Assembly: GCA_024650005.2 (NCBI GenBank)
Contig: CP122380.1
Location: 1,696,001-1,760,000 of the forward strand
Direction of reading: 5' to 3'
DNA from: Candidatus Bathyarchaeum tardum
GTDB lineage: Archaea > Thermoproteota > Bathyarchaeia > Bathyarchaeales > Bathyarchaeaceae
Length of the DNA stretch: 64,000 nucleotides
Shown: positions 47,489 through 57,425 of the stretch, in pieces
Layout of the letters: every line of letters begins with the position of its first letter
Numbering within the stretch: position 1 is the first letter of the stretch
The notes under the pieces: generated by a model
Seen by the model: the letters and a program-made list of their open reading frames with translations, nothing else
Told to the model about the DNA's origin: nothing
Databases searched by the model: none
Made by a program: the position numbers and the translations under genes

Positions 47489-49366
47489 TTATTGTTCGAA
47501 TTGTTCGGGGCTGATGTAGTTGCCGTACTTTTCTTTAGCAGCTAACAGGCGCTCGTATTGTTGGTTTAGCACCCAAAAGACTGCTTCAGGGGTGTAGGTG
47601 ACTTTGGTTTTGTAGAATTGGCGAACCCGTTTGATTTTGTCCATGTTTTCTTGGACCCGTATGCTGAACTGGGCGATGTAGTCTTGTTTGGTGTATTCTT
47701 TGTTTAGCAGTTCTTTGAAGATTGTTTTCAAGTCGTCATATTTTGGTATTTGACCAGTTGGAGTAATTATTGTTTCTACTTCTCCGTGGACACGTTTTTC
47801 CATCCATTTTACCCAGACATGTTTGTCCTGGGGATCGTTAAGGTAGTTGCCGTCTTTGTCTTTGAGGAAATAGTTTACACCAAAAACGGTAGGGGTATTT
47901 TCTACTTTTTTGCCAAAATCAAGGTTGTTACGGACGTTCTTGCCCAATGGAATAGAGATGAAGTCTTGGATGCTCATCATGTTAATTTCTGGAACACCTT
48001 CTTTGCCTACGGTGGCAAAGGTTGTTTCCGTTTCCAACGATGCTCCATAAGCTACAATTCCGTGTTCCCAGCTAAAACTTTGCTGAACTGGAACATACGC
48101 TTTAGTGTCGCGGCCACCATACATTATTCCCCGTAGTTTTACACCATTGGGGTTTTCTAGTTCAGGGTCACAGTTCTCCAGAGCAGTTAATTTAACCGCG
48201 TAACGGGCGTTCTTATGAGCCAGGGTAATTTCGTTGCCGTCTTTGTCTTTTTTGCCTTCGTACCATTCTCCAGAATAGTTGATTCCGTCTTTGGGGGTTT
48301 CTTTGCCCATGCCAAGCCAGTAAGGAGTCCCGTCTTTAACTAAAACGTTAGAGAAAATGATTTCTCCGGGACTATGAAGAACCCTGTAGATTTGAGCATC
48401 GTCCCGGGGGTTAACGTCTTTTATAATGCCAAAGATTCCAGCTTCAACATTAACTGCCCGTGCAACACCATCTATTTCACGAATATACGCGATGTCATCT
48501 CCAAGGATTGTTTCTCCAGGCAACATGGCAGTTGAAGTTTTTCCACAAGCGCTTGGAAATGCCCCTGCAAAGTAGGTTTTACGGTTATTTGGACCATGCA
48601 CGCCTACTAGCATCATATGTTCTGCTAACCAGCCTTCGGTGTTTGCTTTTCGTATAGCTAAACGAAAGGCTAATTTTTTGAAGCCTATAGAGTTACCCGC
48701 GTACTGGGTGTTAACACTGTAAATGGTGTTATCCATGTGATCTATGTAGATTTTTTTGTTGTTGTGTTCTGCGCTGACCATTCGATCAGTTAGCTTTCCT
48801 GCAGAGTGAACAACACGCAAAAATTGGGTATCAGCTGAAGATTCAGTGAAAACTTTGTATCCTGATCGATACAACAAATCTTCAGAATGGGCAACATACC
48901 AAGAATCCGTGCATTGCATTCCAAGAATGGTAAACACAGAATTGGTTGGACCTAAAGACAAAAACCGAACAATCATGGTCCGTCCAGTCATGGAGTCTCG
49001 GAGGGCTCCTTTTACTTCTGCTAGGCCTTCTTGGCGGTCGATTTGGTTAAGAGCTTTACTAAGAAACACTTTTTTGGGCACGAGATATTTTGTAGCTTTA
49101 CGGTCTCGGCCTTGGTCGTAATATCCGTCAAAGTGATACGTGTGGCCTTCAATTTTTAGTGGTGTTTCTTCTTTTTGGACAAGTGCTTGTTGCCTAATGT
49201 GTTCCTTGTCCTCGGGGGAGTCGCTGCAAACAAAAACTTGTTCAGCGTTGCAAAGGTCTGCAGATTTGGCAATGAATTCATGAACTTTGGGAATTGATAT
49301 TTTACATAATTTTTCGTAATCAGATTTACTTAGTTTTGATCGTAATGCTTCAAGATAGGGATTCAT
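47489..49366 (-). CDS. pckG: Phosphoenolpyruvate carboxykinase (GTP)
   Basis: YAGN, WLAEHM, GAFPSACGKT, GDDIAY, HKNARY, GVNYFLKD. Confidence 0.95.
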   Translation of the reverse strand: MNPYLEALRSKLSKSDYEKLCKISIPKVHEFIAKSADLCNAEQVFVCSDSPEDKEHIRQQALVQKEETPLKIEGHTYHFDGYYDQGRDRKATKYLVPKKVFLSKALNQIDRQEGLAEVKGALRDSMTGRTMIVRFLSLGPTNSVFTILGMQCTDSWYVAHSEDLLYRSGYKVFTESSADTQFLRVVHSAGKLTDRMVSAEHNNKKIYIDHMDNTIYSVNTQYAGNSIGFKKLAFRLAIRKANTEGWLAEHMMLVGVHGPNNRKTYFAGAFPSACGKTSTAMLPGETILGDDIAYIREIDGVARAVNVEAGIFGIIKDVNPRDDAQIYRVLHSPGEIIFSNVLVKDGTPYWLGMGKETPKDGINYSGEWYEGKKDKDGNEITLAHKNARYAVKLTALENCDPELENPNGVKLRGIMYGGRDTKAYVPVQQSFSWEHGIVAYGASLETETTFATVGKEGVPEINMMSIQDFISIPLGKNVRNNLDFGKKVENTPTVFGVNYFLKDKDGNYLNDPQDKHVWVKWMEKRVHGEVETIITPTGQIPKYDDLKTIFKELLNKEYTKQDYIAQFSIRVQENMDKIKRVRQFYKTKVTYTPEAVFWVLNQQYERLLAAKEKYGNYISPEQFEQ

Positions 49367-49449
49367 TATTTAGCCTCATTCACTTAATGTCTATTAGTTA
49401 CTGGAAAAGTTTAAAAACTGCTAACTGATTTAAAGGTTACGTTAACAAA

Positions 49450-49923
49450 ATGTTAAAAATTAAAGAATTGGAAAAAAAGATTCTCCTTAACCTGCTAGAA
49501 AACGGACAACAGCCAATACTAAAAATTGCAAAAGACCTAGGCGTCACAAGACAAACAGTAGCAAAAAAACTGGACCAAATGCAAAATTCTGGACTGATTT
49601 TGTCTTTTTTTCCCAAACTGCAACCCGAAATTCTGGGATTATCCATTCAAGCATACATATTGATGCGGGAAGACCCCAAAAACGACTGCAGAAAAGAAAC
49701 AGAAGATATCGTGAAAAGTTTTCCTCAAGTTACTGAGTTTCAAAGAATTTTTGGCAAATACGACAGCATCGCTAAAGTTTTGGTGAACAACAACAAAGAG
49801 TTAACAGAGTTGGTGAAAAAAATTCACGACCTGAAAGGCGTCAAAGAAACTGAAACTTTTATTGTTCATAGCACACTTAAAGACAAACCTGAAGATCCAA
49901 TAAAACAAAAACTAACAGAGTAG
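49450..49923 (+). CDS. Lrp/AsnC family regulator, divergent from pckG
   Basis: N-terminal HTH (IAKDLGVTRQTV), GKYD, GVKETETFIV. Confidence 0.9.
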   Translation: MLKIKELEKKILLNLLENGQQPILKIAKDLGVTRQTVAKKLDQMQNSGLILSFFPKLQPEILGLSIQAYILMREDPKNDCRKETEDIVKSFPQVTEFQRIFGKYDSIAKVLVNNNKELTELVKKIHDLKGVKETETFIVHSTLKDKPEDPIKQKLTE

Positions 49924-49944
49924 TTACCTGTTTTTTGAACCTGT

Positions 49945-50679
49945 TTACCAGATTATGCCTAAGCTTTGAATTATTTCTCCATTGTACATTTTGCCGACTG
50001 CAGGGTTTACAATTTCGTCTGTTTGGGGTTCAATATAGATTAGCCCTCTGTCAGTGGTTTCAAAGCAGGCGATTGCGTGGGCGCCACTGGAAAAGGTCAT
50101 GTAAACAAAACCGCATCGGTATCCTTGTTGTTCGGCGTTGTAATTGAAATCAGCGGTAAAATCGTAACAAACATAGCCATCAGTGTAAAGATTCCTGTCG
50201 GTCAGGTCTGAACTAATAAACAAAAGAGCCTCCTGATAAGTCGGGTTTCGGGTAGAATAACCGTTTTCAGCCATGTAACCTAAACCCTCAGAATAGCCTT
50301 CTTCATAGCCTGTTTCATAACCTGCAGACTGGCCTTCAAAATAACCTAAATCATAATTTTGGACAACTTCTACTTCCAAACCACTTACTTCAATTTCCAG
50401 ACTTGAAACCTGAGATTGTAGATAAAAAACATCATTATTCAATTCTGTTGTTTGCAACTCAAGATCCGAAACTTGAAACTCCAAACTAGTTTTCTCCATA
50501 ACTAAACCTGATAACTGGCTTTCTAAACTGCTTTTTTCATGTTTAATTTCAAAAATTTCTTCAACTTTAAGTGCTACTTCAGCTTCTTTTTGATGGATCA
50601 TCACCCCAGCACCAATACAACCAATTGCCAAAACAATACATATCGACATAATGACAACTAACTTAACGTCGGCCATCAC
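49945..50679 (-). CDS. Membrane-anchored coiled-coil protein with transglutaminase/papain-like C-terminal domain
   Basis: TM, heptad repeats, GYxxGY linker, RNPTY, YVCYDF, GAHA, IYIEPQTD. Confidence 0.75.
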   Translation of the reverse strand: MMADVKLVVIMSICIVLAIGCIGAGVMIHQKEAEVALKVEEIFEIKHEKSSLESQLSGLVMEKTSLEFQVSDLELQTTELNNDVFYLQSQVSSLEIEVSGLEVEVVQNYDLGYFEGQSAGYETGYEEGYSEGLGYMAENGYSTRNPTYQEALLFISSDLTDRNLYTDGYVCYDFTADFNYNAEQQGYRCGFVYMTFSSGAHAIACFETTDRGLIYIEPQTDEIVNPAVGKMYNGEIIQSLGIIW

Positions 50680-51021
50680 AGATTCTCTCCAAATATATAA
50701 TATATTATATCATAAGACATGTTATATATTCTTTGAAGTAAAAAACCTTACAAACAATCAAAAAATGAAATCCATCAAGTATTTTTTTTACGGCGACCAA
50801 CAAGGATGCGGCGGGAGCAACACAGTAGATAACGGAGTTTTAGATGCTGAACTGGCTACAACAACAAAAACTAATGCAATATCAGAGACAACAGGTATTA
50901 TTGGGCTTGCAATAACAAAAACTCCAAATACAGCAAGTTTCAGGACTGACTCGCAACCCAACGCCGTTTAACAAACACCCAATATCTGCACCTATCCTTC
51001 TAGAATTTTTTCCCTAAAACA

Positions 51022-51062
51022 TTTGTTGTTGTTGACCCCCCTACCCCCCCAACAACAACAAA
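51022..51062. repeat. 13-bp inverted repeat with (GTT)n/(AAC)n arms and C-rich loop
   Basis: TTTGTTGTTGTTG-acccccctacccccc-CAACAACAACAAA. Confidence 0.75.
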
Positions 51063-51292
51063 ACTATTTTCAACAAAAATTTATTCACTTACAAAACATA
51101 GAGATTTTTAAAACTTTTTTTAAATTGATGTTGGTTATGGGTTAATCTACGATTGGTTTAAACTGAAATGTGTCTTTAATCTCTCCATAAATTCAAGCCA
51201 GAAAAGATTCAATTGTTGAGTGTATTTCATAATTAATGAACCCAGAAATTTGATTTTCGTCCCGCTTTTCTTTTTTCTAAAATTACCAAATA

Positions 51293-51369
51293 TGGAGCCC
51301 CGGGCGGGATTTGAACCCGCGGCATACAGCTTACGAGGCTGCCGCTCTACCGGTCTGAGCCACCGAGGC
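51293..51369 (-). tRNA. tRNA-Thr(CGT), CCA encoded
   Basis: Cloverleaf with anticodon loop CTCGTAA and T-loop TTCAAAT. Confidence 0.95.
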
Positions 51370-51528
51370 GTTACTTTGAATTGAGCATATAACACATTTT
51401 TAAGATATTCGGGAAACAAAGGAAAGTTAAGAAGTCAAAAAAAGAAAAAATGTTGTTGATTGTTTACTGCCCATTTACAGCAGTCATAACCCTTAACAAA
51501 AGGGGGAAAGTCCCGTTTAGGGGACGGG

Positions 51529-53220
51529 TTATTTCTTCTTTAGTATCAAGAAGTAGAGCAGAGCTACGCCAATCACTGCTACTGCGGCGATTGCTGCAAT
51601 CAAAGTTAAGGGCAAATCTTCAGGATGGTCGTTATCGATGGGAGTTTGGGTGTCTTCTTCAGATATGGTGAAGTAAACGGTTTGTGAACTTTCTTTGCCT
51701 TCAGTGTTTTTGGCGAAAACTGTTAGTTTATGTGAGCCTTCAATTAAGTTGGACAAGGTTGCAGTTCCGCTGATTGTAATGTTTTCTTCTCCATCAAGGC
51801 TGTAACCTACGATTGCATTTGGGTCACTTACGGACACAGTTAAGGTCAAGGAGTTTACGTTGTAGGTTTTGTTTTCAGGGGAGGTAACCGAAACAATTAG
51901 GGATCCTTCAAGGATTAGAGGGTATTCATCTTTAACGGAGGCATAAATTGTGTAAGGAGTGTCTCCGAAGCCGTCGCTTCCTGTTTCGTTTTGGGCTTTG
52001 CCTGATTTTACGTCAGTTCCAGAATAGTCGTTCCAGTAGTTGCCGCCTGCAGGGTAAATAAACCATTGGTTACTGGAGATAGAAATGGTATCGTCGGTTA
52101 CGCCTACATCGTGTACTTGTACCCCGTTATTGTTTAGGCCATTGTTTATGAAGTAGTTGCCTCTGAATACGTTCAAGGATGATGCGCTAATTCCAGCCCC
52201 GTAACTGTAATTGTCTTCGATGGTGTTTGCAGATATTGTATTTTGGGTGGAGTCATACAAGAACATTCCACCTGTGTTGCTAGTTATTTCATTCAAAGAT
52301 ATTGTGTTAAAGGTTGCATATTTGAGATGTATTCCTCGATTGTTATTTGTTAGGGTATTATTAGTAATAGTGTTATGAGAAGACGAAAAAATCCAAAAAC
52401 CATATGTAGTATCAGTTATGGTGTTTCCGGTTATTGATGATTGGGTAGTGTCCACCAATATTATGCCTTGTTCATTGTTTGCTAATTCAAGATTTTGAAC
52501 AGTTATGTCTGTACAGCTTACAAGGGCAAGAAAACCAACATCTGGATATGTTTCAGGGCTGATTACTAGATTTTGTTCTCCGACCAAGTAGTAAATTTTC
52601 TTGTCGGCACCAATTGTGTTTGAATCGTCAATGTCATGGATGAAATCTGATACAACAGTACCAGAAACTGAAAAATCTCTAAAGTTATCTAAAGCGTTAT
52701 TTCGGAACGTGTTTTCAGAAGTTAACAACAGGTCAACGCCTATGTTATTGTCCAGTATAGTGTTTCCAGTAACCGTGTTTTGTGTAGAATTATAGATACG
52801 CATGCCAACGCCGTTTCCGGATATTGTGTTATCAATAATTGAAATGCCAAATCCTGCACTGAGGTAGATTCCATAATTGAAACCTCCAAGCAGGTCTAGA
52901 TTTTGAAGGGTTACACCAGTTACTGATGAAATTTCTATTCCAACATCCCCTTGACCGAGAAGAGAAAATCCAGCTCCATCGATTACAATGTTACTTGCCT
53001 GAATTATGAAGCTGTAGACCACCATATCCCCAGTTAAGGTGTACACGTTGCCATCTTTTTCAATAGGAACAGTGGAATTCGTAGAAGAATAGATGATTCC
53101 ATTACTTAGTATGTAAACTGTTTCAGTTATTGTGTCCTGAGCGACAACTTGCTGAAAGCTCATAAAACACAAGGAAATAAGACATAAAAAGATTAGAAAA
53201 GAGGATTTACTTGCTTTCAT
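51529..53220 (-). CDS. NosD/right-handed beta-helix surface protein
   Basis: Signal peptide, NTISGN repeats, GNYWNDY...GDTPY, Ig-like SPENKTY domain, C-terminal TM. Confidence 0.88.
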   Translation of the reverse strand: MKASKSSFLIFLCLISLCFMSFQQVVAQDTITETVYILSNGIIYSSTNSTVPIEKDGNVYTLTGDMVVYSFIIQASNIVIDGAGFSLLGQGDVGIEISSVTGVTLQNLDLLGGFNYGIYLSAGFGISIIDNTISGNGVGMRIYNSTQNTVTGNTILDNNIGVDLLLTSENTFRNNALDNFRDFSVSGTVVSDFIHDIDDSNTIGADKKIYYLVGEQNLVISPETYPDVGFLALVSCTDITVQNLELANNEQGIILVDTTQSSITGNTITDTTYGFWIFSSSHNTITNNTLTNNNRGIHLKYATFNTISLNEITSNTGGMFLYDSTQNTISANTIEDNYSYGAGISASSLNVFRGNYFINNGLNNNGVQVHDVGVTDDTISISSNQWFIYPAGGNYWNDYSGTDVKSGKAQNETGSDGFGDTPYTIYASVKDEYPLILEGSLIVSVTSPENKTYNVNSLTLTVSVSDPNAIVGYSLDGEENITISGTATLSNLIEGSHKLTVFAKNTEGKESSQTVYFTISEEDTQTPIDNDHPEDLPLTLIAAIAAVAVIGVALLYFLILKKK

Positions 53221-53488
53221 GCACTTGTTTTCCCCATGTTAGTTAATTCATAAAGTTTACAACAGCAGTAATTACCTGTAAGGTTAACCAGTTTGGAACC
53301 AGAATCAATCATAAAAATCATCTTTTTTACCTAGTTAGTAGTCAAGTCGCCCCATAGAATATAAAAGGTTTTTTCAGAATTTTACCCTGTTGATTTAACC
53401 AACAAAACTAATATGAACAATCCATTTTTTGAAGACCAACAGGTATTCTTAAGATACCCAACAACAACAATACTTCAGAGGTTCCAAA

Positions 53489-54478
53489 TTGAGTTCAGCA
53501 AAAAAGCTGGGCGAAAGAAAAATCATCAAGCTCATTTTAGAAAACCTAGACCAAATGCCCAACATGCATCTTCCTTTTGGTGATGATGCATCAGCAGTTG
53601 ACCTTGATGACAACAAACTGGCAATAATAAACATGGACATGCTAGTGAAAAAAACCGATGTCCCCCAAGGAATGAACATTTGGCAAGTCGCTCGAAAAGC
53701 AGTTGTAATGAACATAAGCGACCTAGCAGCAAAAGGAGCAAACCCAGTTGCGTTGTTAGCATCCCTTGGGGTTCCTGACGAGTTATCAAAAATTGAAATT
53801 CAACAGATTGCCAAAGGATTAAACGCTGGTGCCCGAGAATACGGAGCCTATGTTTTAGGAGGAGACACCAACCAAGCCACAGACCTTATAATCAGTTGCA
53901 TGGCTTTAGGAGAATGCTCTAAACATAACCTGCTTAAGCGCACTGGAGCAAAACCTGGAGACTACGTGGCAGTAACAGGTAATTTTGGAAAAACTGCAGC
54001 TGGGCTAAAAATTTTGATGGAAAAAACATCAGTTCCAGATAAACAGAAAACCTTGGTTGATTCGGTGTTGATGCCATATGCACGAGTAAAAGAAGGAATA
54101 GCATTAGCACATACAGGGGGAGTCACTGCCTCTATTGACTCTAGCGATGGATTAGCTTGGAGTCTTCATGAACTTTCTAGAGCTAGTAACGTAGGTTTTT
54201 GTATTGACAATCTGCCAGTAGATCCCGAAGCAGAAAAGTTTGCAGAAACTCAAGGTTTGAATTCTTCAGATTTAGCATTATACGGTGGCGAAGAATACGA
54301 GCTTATTGTAACAGTTAATCCTGATTCTTGGATTAAAGCCCAGAAAGCAGTGACTACAGTTGGTGGATTGCTTACAAAGATTGGTGTAGTTACCAAAGAG
54401 AAACGATGCTTACTAAAAGTGGATAAAAAAACTGTTGAGATTAAGCCTCGGGGATGGGAACATTTTATTACAGAATAA
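53489..54478 (+). CDS. thiL: Thiamine-monophosphate kinase
   Basis: GDDA, NISDLAAKGA, GGDTN, IDSSDGL, GGEEYEL, GWEHF. Confidence 0.95.
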   Translation: MSSAKKLGERKIIKLILENLDQMPNMHLPFGDDASAVDLDDNKLAIINMDMLVKKTDVPQGMNIWQVARKAVVMNISDLAAKGANPVALLASLGVPDELSKIEIQQIAKGLNAGAREYGAYVLGGDTNQATDLIISCMALGECSKHNLLKRTGAKPGDYVAVTGNFGKTAAGLKILMEKTSVPDKQKTLVDSVLMPYARVKEGIALAHTGGVTASIDSSDGLAWSLHELSRASNVGFCIDNLPVDPEAEKFAETQGLNSSDLALYGGEEYELIVTVNPDSWIKAQKAVTTVGGLLTKIGVVTKEKRCLLKVDKKTVEIKPRGWEHFITE

Positions 54479-54510
54479 AAGAATGAAAAAGAAATGAAGG
54501 GAGACAATAA

Positions 54511-55611
54511 TTGATAAAGTCATGTGATTCAGGCAGTCTGCCGTTCATGGGGGATTCTGCAAAGTTTTTAGAGGGAACAAAAAGTTACGTATGCAACAAA
54601 ACAGAGGAATCTGCCGAGTTTTTTGAGAAAAACGTTGTTAACAGTTTTGTTGACAAACTTCAAGCAGGCATTCATGTCCCCAATTATCCGCAATTTCGGG
54701 ACATGAATCAGATGTTTGTGTCAATGATAGATGGAATAGAAAAATTTGATACAGGATACTTAGAAACAAAAATTGCGTCTTTGCGGGCAGACAACAACAA
54801 GATAGTTGAAATCCTAGCCATTGAACGTAACTCTCAAGTTATTTCAGAAAAAATAGGAAATCCTTTTGAACTTCGAGTTTGTGTAACTGGACCTTATACT
54901 CTTGCTTCTTTGTTTCCGTACCGAGACGAAAAAACTTTCATCCGACTGGGAAACGTTATCGCGCAAATCATAGAGTGCAACCTTTTCAGTAACAAACACG
55001 GAAAAACAAGTCTAGTTTCTGTTGATGAACCCTCATTTGGACTAGTCGACGATCCCCTAATCGATTTTGGATCCCAAGGACGAGAAAACCTAAAAAAAGC
55101 GTGGGAAAAAATTTTCCATACCATTAAGACGAAAAATGCCCAAAGCATGATACATTTACACAGCACAGCAAACCCCATGTTCTGGGACATACCTAGTTTA
55201 GACGTAATCGACTCTCATGTTGATGACCCGATTCACCAGATGCAAAAAACCGGAAAATTGTTAGAATCCAAAGACAAGTTCTTGAAAGCCAGCATGACAG
55301 TTAACGACTTTGATAAACTGATTAGACAAAAAATTGTCACAGAATCCGAAGAAAAACTGTCTGACTCGGATGTTAACGAAAAAATTGCTGACGTATGGAC
55401 AGCTATTAAAAAGGGACAGGTAAACCCTGACGTTTTTTTGGAAACAGCAGGAGTAATGAAAAAAAGAGTAACCGATGTGGTTGAACGCTTTGGAAAAAAT
55501 CGAATATTATATGCAGGACCAGAATGTGGACTTAAAGGATATCCAACATACAAAAATGCCCTTGAATGTTTAAGGCGAATCTCAAATGCAGTTAACTGCC
55601 TGAAAAAATAG
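54511..55611 (+). CDS. Cobalamin-independent methionine synthase-like (core MetE fold) protein
   Basis: DSGSLP, YPQFRDM, VTGPYTL, VDEPS, IHLH, GPECGL. Confidence 0.7.
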   Translation: MIKSCDSGSLPFMGDSAKFLEGTKSYVCNKTEESAEFFEKNVVNSFVDKLQAGIHVPNYPQFRDMNQMFVSMIDGIEKFDTGYLETKIASLRADNNKIVEILAIERNSQVISEKIGNPFELRVCVTGPYTLASLFPYRDEKTFIRLGNVIAQIIECNLFSNKHGKTSLVSVDEPSFGLVDDPLIDFGSQGRENLKKAWEKIFHTIKTKNAQSMIHLHSTANPMFWDIPSLDVIDSHVDDPIHQMQKTGKLLESKDKFLKASMTVNDFDKLIRQKIVTESEEKLSDSDVNEKIADVWTAIKKGQVNPDVFLETAGVMKKRVTDVVERFGKNRILYAGPECGLKGYPTYKNALECLRRISNAVNCLKK

Positions 55612-55634
55612 CTAAAGTTCATCAAGTTACTACG

Positions 55635-56219
55635 CTAAAATGGCTGTAACATTGAAATTAGATAATTTGTTATTTGGTAAGTAATACCCCAAACAACATT
55701 GGTTTTTATGACATACGCAGGGTAATCTTTTGACATGTACTGTTTTGTGCCATTTGTTTTAGTCAATTCAGTTAAAGGAACCCAGAAAAAATTTGACAGT
55801 TCATTATTCAGTTTAATTGGCTGCTCTTCGAGCTGCAAAACAACAAAAGGAAGAATACGAATATCAGGTCTTTGAATAGATGTGATAGGAGTCAAGGTTC
55901 CTAAGAACTTGCAACCGTTACGGAGATTGATGTTTGTTTCTTCACAAGTTTCTCGTATCACGGTATCTCTCAAGTCTTTGTCTTCGGAACAACGTTTTCC
56001 CCCAGGAAAAGCAGTTTGCCCAGACCAAGGATCTTTAGGAGTTTCAGTCCGTTTTACAAAAAGAATTTCTAACGCGTGATTGTTTTCCCGCAACAACACA
56101 GCAACAGCAGCATTCACGTCCAAAGAATCAACTTCAATTAAAGTCTTAGATAGTCTTTCTGCAATAATTGTAGCATTCAATTTTGGTTGTTCCCTCGAAG
56201 CGCCATTAAGTAAGGACAT
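55635..56219 (-). CDS. NUDIX hydrolase, CoA pyrophosphatase-like
   Basis: AAVAVLL, KR...DPWSGQTAFPGG, RETCEE, VWGIT. Confidence 0.85.
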   Translation of the reverse strand: MSLLNGASREQPKLNATIIAERLSKTLIEVDSLDVNAAVAVLLRENNHALEILFVKRTETPKDPWSGQTAFPGGKRCSEDKDLRDTVIRETCEETNINLRNGCKFLGTLTPITSIQRPDIRILPFVVLQLEEQPIKLNNELSNFFWVPLTELTKTNGTKQYMSKDYPAYVIKTNVVWGITYQITNYLISMLQPF

Positions 56220-56228
56220 AATGAACAA

Positions 56229-56621
56229 CTATTCTTTTTTCGCATGTTGCATTTTTTTGATTGTTTCTTTGTCAATATCTAGAGTCATGTTATTGAGGTT
56301 ATCTTCCCAGAAAATTTCTTCAGCTTCGTTGCTTTGAGGTTCCCCTTCGTAATCTGTGATTTTGTAACAATATGCATGTTGTTTTTCGCCATTACTTGCA
56401 ACGTAATAGTTTTTGCAAACAAAGCTCATCTCTTTTACTTGGATACCTAATTCTTCCATCATTTCTCGTTTCAAAGCATCTTCTAAATCTTCATTAGGTT
56501 CAACATGACCTGCAGGCAAACAGATAATTCCAGGATCAATTTTTTTGTCTATTCTGCGCCGCTCAACCAAGAATCTGTCTCCCTTAACGATTATTCCAAC
56601 AACAACGTTTACAGGTTCCAA
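56229..56621 (-). CDS. NUDIX hydrolase, MutT-like
   Basis: LPAGHVEPNEDLEDALKREMMEELG NUDIX box. Confidence 0.88.
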   Translation of the reverse strand: MEPVNVVVGIIVKGDRFLVERRRIDKKIDPGIICLPAGHVEPNEDLEDALKREMMEELGIQVKEMSFVCKNYYVASNGEKQHAYCYKITDYEGEPQSNEAEEIFWEDNLNNMTLDIDKETIKKMQHAKKE

Positions 56622-56761
56622 AGTACCATCTCCGACCTTTGTAGAAGAATACTAAATTATAAACAAATCAACTTTTGCATTATTCATTAACTATCATGAT
56701 TGTACTTGTGGTACACCAGGTATAAGATACCTATCCAGTAGAGTTTAAAAATCTACCTCTA

Positions 56762-57237
56762 ACGGTAGTATGAACAATTGATTAGGTATTACCAGTAATA
56801 CCTAATTGATTATTGACGGTAGTTTGTACCTATTATAATAATACCATCTCTGAGTGTACAAATCATTAGTTAAGACCGTTGTTTGTACAGAAGTATTAGG
56901 TATCTATGTTGTTTACTTCTTAACTTTTAAATCAAGAATGATTGTAAGATAATGTATAACAAATATTGTCAGGTGGAAAAAATATTCGAAGGAACATGTG
57001 AACCATATGCCATGATCATAATGATTTCTTTAGCTGTTGCTTTTATCTTTCTAGGCTTTACTAAAGTAATTTCAATGGAATTAACAGTAATTAGCGTTTC
57101 AATTCTGATTGGTTTTATGATTTCAATTACATTATACTGCTATTACAAAGACAAAAATGCTTCACAATTTAGAATAAAACAACGGTAGTATGTACCTATT
57201 ACTTAGTTAGTAAATAGTTACTGACAGTAGTATGTAC
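56762..57237 (+). repeat. Five 14-bp ACGGTAGT(A/T)TGTAC-type repeats plus a 12-bp perfect inverted repeat
   Basis: Copies at 56762, 56816, 56875, 57182, 57224; ATTAGGTATTAC-CA-GTAATACCTAAT at 56781-56806. Confidence 0.7.
56952..57188 (+). CDS. Small 2-TM orphan protein
   Basis: Two hydrophobic helices; stop codon lies inside the 57182 repeat. Confidence 0.5.
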   Translation: MYNKYCQVEKIFEGTCEPYAMIIMISLAVAFIFLGFTKVISMELTVISVSILIGFMISITLYCYYKDKNASQFRIKQR

Positions 57238-57425
57238 TAATTGTAAATCAGTTGAAAGAAACGGGGTTTGCTGAGACTTTTGCACAGGCAATAGAGGAAG
57301 AAAAATGAAAAAAACCTTCTGCAACAGTTAGGTTAATTTTCAATTATTGTGCTTGAAGCCTTTTCAGCCCCGTGTTATCTTCCAAGGGTTTCTCCCAAAA
57401 AAAGAGGGAGAAAAAATGTTTGGGT

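Noticed and set aside
50651-50971. 106-aa plus ORF (or a decayed minus-strand gene)
   Set aside because: Overlaps the promoter and start of the 50679 gene; no recognisable motif
51147-51419. 90-aa minus ORF
   Set aside because: Runs through tRNA-Thr(CGT); spurious
56762-57237. CRISPR array
   Set aside because: Repeats only 14-20 bp, irregular spacing, an ORF inside, no cas genes
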